A stretch of DNA of 64,000 nucleotides. Origin: the human T2T-CHM13v2.0 reference genome, Homo sapiens. The notes beneath the pieces are model-generated. The model saw only the letters and a list, made by a program, of their open reading frames with translations, had not been told where the DNA came from and made no database searches. Of this stretch, positions 55,091 through 64,000 are shown one piece after another (the stretch's first letter is position 1; the number at the start of each line of letters is the position of its first letter). The translations under genes and the position numbers were made by a program. The stretch lies in the NCBI RefSeq assembly GCF_009914755.1, contig NC_060942.1; one strand, written 5' to 3'.

Positions 55091-55229
55091 CCATCTATGT
55101 TGTTAATGTTGCATCTGCAGCCCTTGGTTTCCTGGAAAGACTCTACAGTACAGGGGCAGGTTAGGGGCCACAACCAGGAAACAAGACACATCTGAGAGAA
55201 TGCATGGGAGCTTATGGAAGGATGTACAA

Positions 55230-55501
55230 GGCTGGGTGTGGGAATCCCGGCACTTCGGGAGGCTAAGGTGGAAGGATCACTTGCATCCAGGATTCAAGCC
55301 TAGCCTGGCCACGTAGTGAGACCCCAGCTCTACAAAAAATCAAAAATCAACTGGGCATGGTGGCATGTGCCTCTAATCCAAGCTACTCAGGAAGCAGAGA
55401 TGGGAGGATCGCTTGAGCCCAGGAGGTTGAGGCTGCAGTGAGCTGAGATCATACCACTGCACTCATTCTGGGCAACAGAGTGAAACCCTGTCTCAAAAAT
55501 A

Positions 55502-55547
<46 letters not shown>
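55230..55547 (+). mobile_element. AluJ SINE with (TAAA)n tail and a 5' internal deletion
   Basis: 'ggctgggtgtgg|gaatcccggcact' lacks 'tggctcacgcctg'; TSD 'aaggatgtacaag' (55218-55230) / 'aagaatttacaag' (55548-55560). Confidence 0.92.
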
Positions 55548-55548
<1 letters not shown>

Positions 55549-55789
55549 AGAATTTACAAGAGGGGAGTTTTAGTGGTTGAAAAATCATTCACTCATTCCA
55601 GGAGCAAGAGCCTTGTGGGTTTTCTTCCTGTTCTTGCCTGGGTTATCTCTACTGAACCAAAGAATCCTTGTTAGGAATGCTCTGGTGGTGTCAATCAATG
55701 CGTTTATAAATCATTTGCTTTTACCATGGAAAAAGATATCACAAAACAACACAGCTGTAGTGCAGGTGCAGATGACTATGGAACGGCAG

Positions 55790-56030
55790 CCTGGCGTTTT
55801 CAGTAGAGCACTGGGCAGCAGAGTCCCTGGGCCTCGGAACCCCGGCCTGTTACCACCCAACACCATCCCTGGGCAAAATGCGAAACTCCCATCAGATCCA
55901 TGAATGGAAAATGGGCGTAATTATAATTGCACCCCACTCTCTACCTCTCAGCTAAGGTGAGAAATGAATATGAGGATGCTCAGTGAAAATGCTTTGAAGT
56001 CTGTGAAATGCGAAGCAAATGTGAAGCGAG
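55790..56030 (+). mobile_element. MIR SINE
   Basis: 'agtagagcactgggcagcagagtc', 'aaaatgggcgtaattataattgcac', 'gtgaaaatgctttgaagtctgtgaaatgc'. Confidence 0.6.
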
Positions 56031-57579
56031 AGGAATAATAAGGTTCTAAGGACCCACACTTGGGCGTTTGCTCTGAGCTGGCCCCTGTCCTCCACACTGA
56101 ACCTACAGCCTCTCCTCTCACCTAATCTGCACAAAAATCTTACGAAGCAGACACACTTACCATGCTGGCCTTTCCGTGAAATTTCAGGTCTTAGTGTCGC
56201 CCATTACTGGTGGCATTTCATGCCACAAGTTGGGCCATCTGCACCTCCAAGCACAGGGTCACAGAAGACTTTATCCCGTCCCTTGGGCTGACTGAATGGT
56301 TGGTTTGTGTCAACCCCTGTTGTCCCTTTGAGCAACTCGGGGGCAATGGTTATGGGTAGGGCTTAAAAAACCGTCTGGCTGCAAACCCAGTGCTGATACG
56401 AACAAGGCCTAGTCAGGCACTAAGTGTTTTGTGTTCCCCAAAGAGATCTTAATGAAATCCCAGCATGCCACTCACTCCTACACTTAAAATACCTTTTAAG
56501 TGTAGGAAAGAAAGTGCTTTCAACCCCACCCCAGCCATTTGGATTCGGAGACTCCATTTAAGATGCACAGCTTTCCTCCAGCACAGGGGCTGGGTATCCA
56601 AACGCAGAGCCTCCCCCAGACTCTCTCTAGGCTTAGCCTGGCTTGGTGGGCTCAGGAGGGATTCAAGATTATTTCATCCTTTATGTCCATTCGATGACAG
56701 TTTATCATCATTGCCACCTCATACTCTATTGTAGCCAAACATCATAACCAGCACCATGTGAACTACGTCACTGACGCCACATTCTTTTTCTCGGCTGTCA
56801 CTAGGCTCAGGTCAGGACAGCCCTCCCGGCTGACTTCCGCGATACTTTCTGTATCTCCTTTTCAGTCTGCCCTAAAATGACAGCTGGACTTCCGACAGTG
56901 GTTTCTTATGTGGGACACATGGCTCTTATACTCTGGGTGGCACGGATTCCTTTATTGCCAGTGGCTTAATTTTCCCAGATCTATTTCCATGCAGACAGTG
57001 TGAGGTTGGACTTCATGCCTCATGCTCCTGATTGGGGCTCGGAAGTCTAACCCAGCTTCCTGCAGTGCCGCCCCCAGCTTATTCAATGCCCAACCTGCAG
57101 GTCCTAAGTTGAACCCGCACACTGCACGCTCACCTGGTCTGTGCTGCCAGCTGCATTGGAAATGGAAGCATTAAACACCGTTCTCCACTGTCAGCCACCT
57201 GCTAGCTAATGAGTGACATCATTTAACACTGTTTTGAAAAGAGAGATTTAAAGTTGTTTTGAAAACTGAAGGAAAAATACAAATGTTTGAGTGTTAAACA
57301 TTTTGCCCAAATACTAAAATGTGAATGTCTTTTTATTGTGACAGTTCACAGGAAAGCGGGCTATAGCATGCCTGTGCTTGTCAATGAAAATCTTAGCACT
57401 GAGTTTGGTAAACATTCTGGCAGTCGGGAAGCCACTTAAAAATAAAGTTTAAAGAAAAGAAAGAGAAGTGTTCACTTTCCTTCTAATTTTCCCAGATACG
57501 CTCAATATTCTGCTTTATTTTTTAGTATTTTAACTAAAATAAGAAAACTCGGATTCTACCTCTATGTGTCCTATGATTG

Positions 57580-58845
<1,266 letters not shown>

Positions 58846-61734
58846 TCCCTGTAGAATGGGAGTAATCATACAACTTATGGTAGCATTGCTGTCCAGACGA
58901 GGGCCTGGCACACAGTGTGTTCTTGTAAATGCTGTACTCGGGTTCTCATCCTCACAGCTGCACCTAGAGCCCTGCTTCATGCAGTGCCAAGTTGCTGTTT
59001 TACTGGGACTTGGAAGCGCCAAGAGAATAAATGAAAGAAAATAGCTGGTATCTCAAAACGAAATCAGACTATGCACAGAAGTCGGGCTTGCAATGTGGAG
59101 CCATCAGAGTTTTGAATCACAGTCCCAGAGCTGCCACTCCTCAGCTCACTAGCCATTTTTTCCCCTTCTATAAAATAAAGGGCTTGTGATAAAGAATTTG
59201 AGGTGCCCTTTGGCTCAGGAATTCTACCTTCCCATGAGTTGTGAATGCTTTTTAAAGACCTCCTGGGTGTCCAGGCGTCTCAGTAAATAGAGTGATCATC
59301 TGGGTCTGATGAAATAAAAATAAGTTATTTCAGTATTTTTACCTTTTTTTCTGTTTTAGTGAGAAGTACTAGCTATCAAAGATGCCATCCTACTGATTGT
59401 ATGAAATAGAATGAATGGCTTGGAGAGTACCTGATTAAACAATAGGTGGGTGGGCTGGTGATGAAGATCAACAGAAGGGAGAAGAGAAATAAAAAAGGGT
59501 GTTCCATGGAGAAAGGTGAGGTGATAAAAGAAACTGCTTGACACAAAGAGTCTTCTTTTGTTACCATGGTCATCAGTCTTCATTTGAGCCCCAGTGTTAG
59601 TGAGTTGTACTCACAGCACTTTTAGGTCACATTCTCATCAGAACCACACACAAGTTGACTTGTGGAATTTAAAGTAAACATTTAGGTGCAAAAGAAGCAG
59701 AAGCAAAGTGAAAGTTGCTGCACTGACACAGAGCGTCCACATCATCAATGCTGCGGCTCAGGCATCTTATGACCTCCTTCACCCAGGCCATCCAATTCTG
59801 TGGCCTGCTGGGGACTGGGAACCTGGGAATTTAACGGAATGCTCTGGGGACTTTGCAGGACAGTGATGCTATCAATGATGAGAGTTTGGCATCTTCACAA
59901 AAGAAAAGGTCTCACAAGAAGTCATAAGGTACTGAAAAACCATGCCAATAAACACCAGGGTGTGGCATGTTCTGGCTCTTTGGCATTCCTCTTCCTCAGA
60001 TGTAGCTTCCTCAGCACAGCTTAACCAAGTGCAAGAACGGGTTGTGTGGCAGGCTCTGCTGTCAGACGCTGGCCAGGTTTTAAGACAGACAGAGAACTGT
60101 GACCTCAAGAAGCTCCATGCTTAGTAGGGAGGTAGACACGTCAACTGATAATTGCACGATCACATTTCATCTAGTGGATGCGTATAGATAGGATGATAGC
60201 TAATCTTTTGACTTGATCCTCTCATGGTAACTTCGATGCTTGAAAACACGATCTGCAAGGCCAAACAATGACAGCTCTCTGGAGGATTTGGAATTTGCCA
60301 AAGTCCCTTCTGTGGGTTTTCTCTGAAGGATGATGTTTTCTCCCTGGATCTCTGTGGTGGGCTTCTAACATGCCTTTCAGGAGAAGGTCTGAGAGTTTTA
60401 AAACTCTGCAAAGGAAAGAGCAGACACTGTCCCACCTTTCCTTTCTCCATGGTGTAGGCTGGGTGGGGCTGGGTGGGGCTGTGGGCTGGGGACAAAGGCA
60501 AAGGAATCCCGTCCTTTGCGTAGGTCGCTTCACTCTGGCAGAAACATCACATCCTGCCCTTGTCACCAGACGTCTCTGTCCACAATTACTCATCATCTGT
60601 GGATAGACAGCCCTGGAGGAGATCATCAATTGCCAATGCAATTCAGCAGATACACTTCATAAATTTTAATTACATTCCCACTGAAAATGAATGGTCAGAA
60701 AATATAAAACATCTGCCATCCAGATCATTTACATTTTTCATACAATAAATCATCAACAACATCCAAAACCATGGCTTAAATCATGTGAGTGTGGTAGGTC
60801 ATGAAGAAGGAGCGCCATCCATCGTGCGATAACTATTTGGATCTCAGCCCTTCCTCGGATGTGGGAAGCGGGGCAAGGAGGGGGAGACCCAACGACTTAT
60901 TGATGAGGGGGGAGAGAATTTTAGCCTAGCTCTGAAAAATATAAGTCCCCAGGTCTTATCTCAAACCTGCTAATTGATCTATTTACTATTATTTTGGCCA
61001 TAGTAAAATAGGGGCCAAAATAAGTAAAAGAATATTTGGCCAATTATAACTGCGAAGAGCAGGCATTTATCACCCATGTGGCTTATTTATCTAACCTGCA
61101 AGTAGTATAAGAAAGATGCTTCGTTTTCAAAAATCAATTTTTATTAACATTATATTCATAGAATTCCCATTTGGCTCTAAGCATCTTCCGCGTCCTAAAG
61201 CATGGTGTGGGCATTCACATGCTGCTGGCCTCCCTCGAATTCCTTGGGAAGACAGGCATCTGTGCTAAGGACAGAGGGGCCTCTGAGGGACCTAGCAGCC
61301 CAGCCAAGGGGGCCTGAATCACACAGGTTGTGGACAGGACACACCGGCAGTGGAACCCCGTGCAAGCGGCCTCGGCGTCCTGAGTGGGGGCCTGTACAGC
61401 CGCCTCAGGAGTCATTCAGGGCTTTTCTCCATGCATTGTTGAGTTTTCCTTTCTCTGTCTCTTTTCTAAACACTTCCACCTCTATCGACTGAGAAGTGTG
61501 ATTGGGAGCCCTCACTCTCCTCCCTAAGGCTCTTTTGCTGGAGTCTGGAGAAAGCCTTCTCACATGCAGTCAGGGACGTGCTGTGCAACTAGAGAAAGTG
61601 CGTGGTGAGCAGGGGCTCAGCAGCTGAGTCCGAGGAGTGAGTGCAGATGAAGGCCGCTGGCTTTCTGGGATTCTTGATATGAAATTCCACAAGAATAACG
61701 AAGACGATGACCTTTTTAAGGTCAAAGAGATATT

Positions 61735-61810
61735 AATTCAATGTTTTCATTTTACTGTTGAAGACACTGGGACCCACAGAGGTGAAGTGACCTGCCCACA
61801 ATCCTGCTGC
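61735..61810 (-). mobile_element. MIR core fragment
   Basis: 'cattttactgttgaagacactgggacccacagaggtgaagtgacctgcccaca'. Confidence 0.65.
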
Positions 61811-64000
61811 AGTCACCAGCACTCTGTGGTCAGAAGCTGTCCCTGGCGGCTGGGGGACGCACCTGCTCTTACTCTCCTTCTGCACTGGTCCAGCTGCCAT
61901 CGGTTCTTCTGGCTAAACTGTGTCTTAACCACAAAGCGTTCATGTCTGTGTGGTGCAGAGTTGAACTGAGAAATATAGGAAAGTGATGTAAGATATGGTC
62001 CACCTGTCAGTAAAACAACCAGAACTGTCTGTGGAATGGTGCACCATGGAAACCAGAGAACGAAAAACAGAATCCTACCGTGAGTGCTATTTAGAGGTGC
62101 CAGGCGCTGGGCTGGCAGCACGAGGGGCTGCATATCCACCCTGTGGACTCCTCCTCACGCTGCCACAGTGCCCTCTGGTCTTCTACAGAAGGACGCCACA
62201 GACGTGCATCTCCCCACTGTCCCTTTGACTGTTTGGGACCATGCTGTCCAAAATTTAACACACAATTGAGCTCTTTTCCTGTCTCCTCAAATTCTGACTC
62301 TGCATCCTAGATCTGGCCAGCGTTTCTCTCCCCTGCAGGGTACATCTCCTTTGGGCGTGGCCTCAGGATCCCCACACAGGAGGACTGACCTTGCCAAAGG
62401 CCTGGCGAGGTGTGTTCCTGGGTCTCTGCCCAGAGGCATGTTAGACCCAGCCCCTTCCTCCAGGTCCACTCAGAGGTCAGGTCGTCGATCTAGACACGCC
62501 TTTCACAAGCTACTTCTGCCTCTCCCTCTAAATATAAGCTGAGATGCCTAGTGGTTTCAAACAATAGAGATGATTTCATACACATGAAAACTTGATAAAA
62601 TCATTAGAAGATGTCATTCAAAGTTAATGGGCAATTTTTCTCTCTAGGGTAGGTAATTATTTTGGTAGGCATTTTTTGAAAAATAAAATCTTAAGGTTTA
62701 CTGACCAATTTTTTTGTTGTTGTTATATTCTATTTCCAGTAAGGATGCTCTGGCTGACTAACGTTCTCTTTTCGGATTCAATTGGACATGGTTCTCCAGT
62801 GCTTCTTGGCTCTAATTACGGCGGAATGTGCCTGTGAGTTGTCCAACAGCTGCCACATCCTTGTTAAGGTTAGCTGCTTTTGAAAGTTAGTCCAAAGTTA
62901 TATATCTTCAGAAAAAGTGAGCAGGAAGTTGCCATATTTGTCTAGATAATTAAGAATGAGATGTGGTAAAAGTGGGTCTGAATTTCAGATAGAGATTTCC
63001 TTTCCTGCTTGAATGGAATTGAAAAGAATGCAATTGATTTGGCATTAACATATTTTTGCTTCCTGGAAAAAAAAAGTTTTCCACTGTAACCGTTTCTGAC
63101 AGTTCTTGAATTCTCTAGAAGACCAAGAGTCCTATATGCCTAACAGACAAATATATTCAACATACACGTAGAATGTAATATTGAGGGTTAATATTTTCAC
63201 TCCTATTCAATTTAATAGATGTTTCTGGCATGATGGAATTGTGAAACTTTATTTCTCTCTCAATGTTTTCTAAAAACAAAGAAAAGAAAAGAAAAATAAA
63301 TGAAAGTAAATGAATTCTTAGGAAAAATATTTCCATATTTTCCATCTTCTCCCAAAACTTCATTTTTGGAAAATTCTAAAACAAATCTATTTAATTTTAT
63401 TACACTTCAAAGCTAAATTTTAAAAACTCTACAAGAAATTAAGATACATTTTGGTTAAGTGAAAAAATTAACTGTTAAAACTTTTCCTGGTTTAGACATT
63501 AATGAGAGAAGATCTTGTGAGAATTGAAGGAAAATAGAAAAAAAATATTGCAGTTGCAAGAGAAGAATGATGCCTGCTCCGTGGGAATAGTCAAGCCATG
63601 AAAAACCAGCCACCTCATTTCTTCCCCAGAAGACCATAAGCACATGGCATCTCACTTTGAGGGGCAAATTCTGAGTTTGGCACTTTATTTATATTTTATT
63701 AATGTAAACAATAACAAAACACGTTCAATCACAAGCACTCTACTCAGCCAGCTTTATGTCTACCTCTGAATCGAGGCACTTCTGAGATGCTTCTCAGTGT
63801 TAGGGAATGCTGGCCTGGAAGGCTTAGGAGCCAACTGGCAAGCTCATTAGAGGACCAAGAATTGCATCATAAAACAGTGGGACCAAATGTGTGGGCAGTT
63901 ATTTTAAAACATTATAAAAACCCACCACTGTGTATTTTTCTATGAATTGTTGACAAATGTGCTTAGTAATAGGATAAGTGAAGAAAAATGAATGAATTAG

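Overview
This is primate (probably catarrhine, given an AluY-type element) non-coding genomic DNA. No protein-coding gene could be supported: the listed ORFs are short, repeat-derived or GC-rich chance frames. Much of the window is decayed interspersed repeats (Alu J/S/Y, L1M, L2, MIR, MLT/THE1 LTRs, hAT and Tigger DNA transposon fossils), with several nested insertions whose target-site duplications (TSDs) survive. Repeat family names are from recalled consensus sequences, not a database search. The standout structure is an orphan CpG island (~44.55-45.48 kb) enclosed by a ~313-bp, ~89% identical inverted repeat of apparently non-transposon sequence (44147-44460 / 45980-46291). This could be an invertible promoter cassette or a long-dsRNA-forming unit. 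Other points are repeat-poor blocks rich in PBX-HOX, POU, MEIS and SOX motifs (enhancer-like), candidate + strand non-coding exons, and a tailless Alu fragment sharing private variants with its neighbour.
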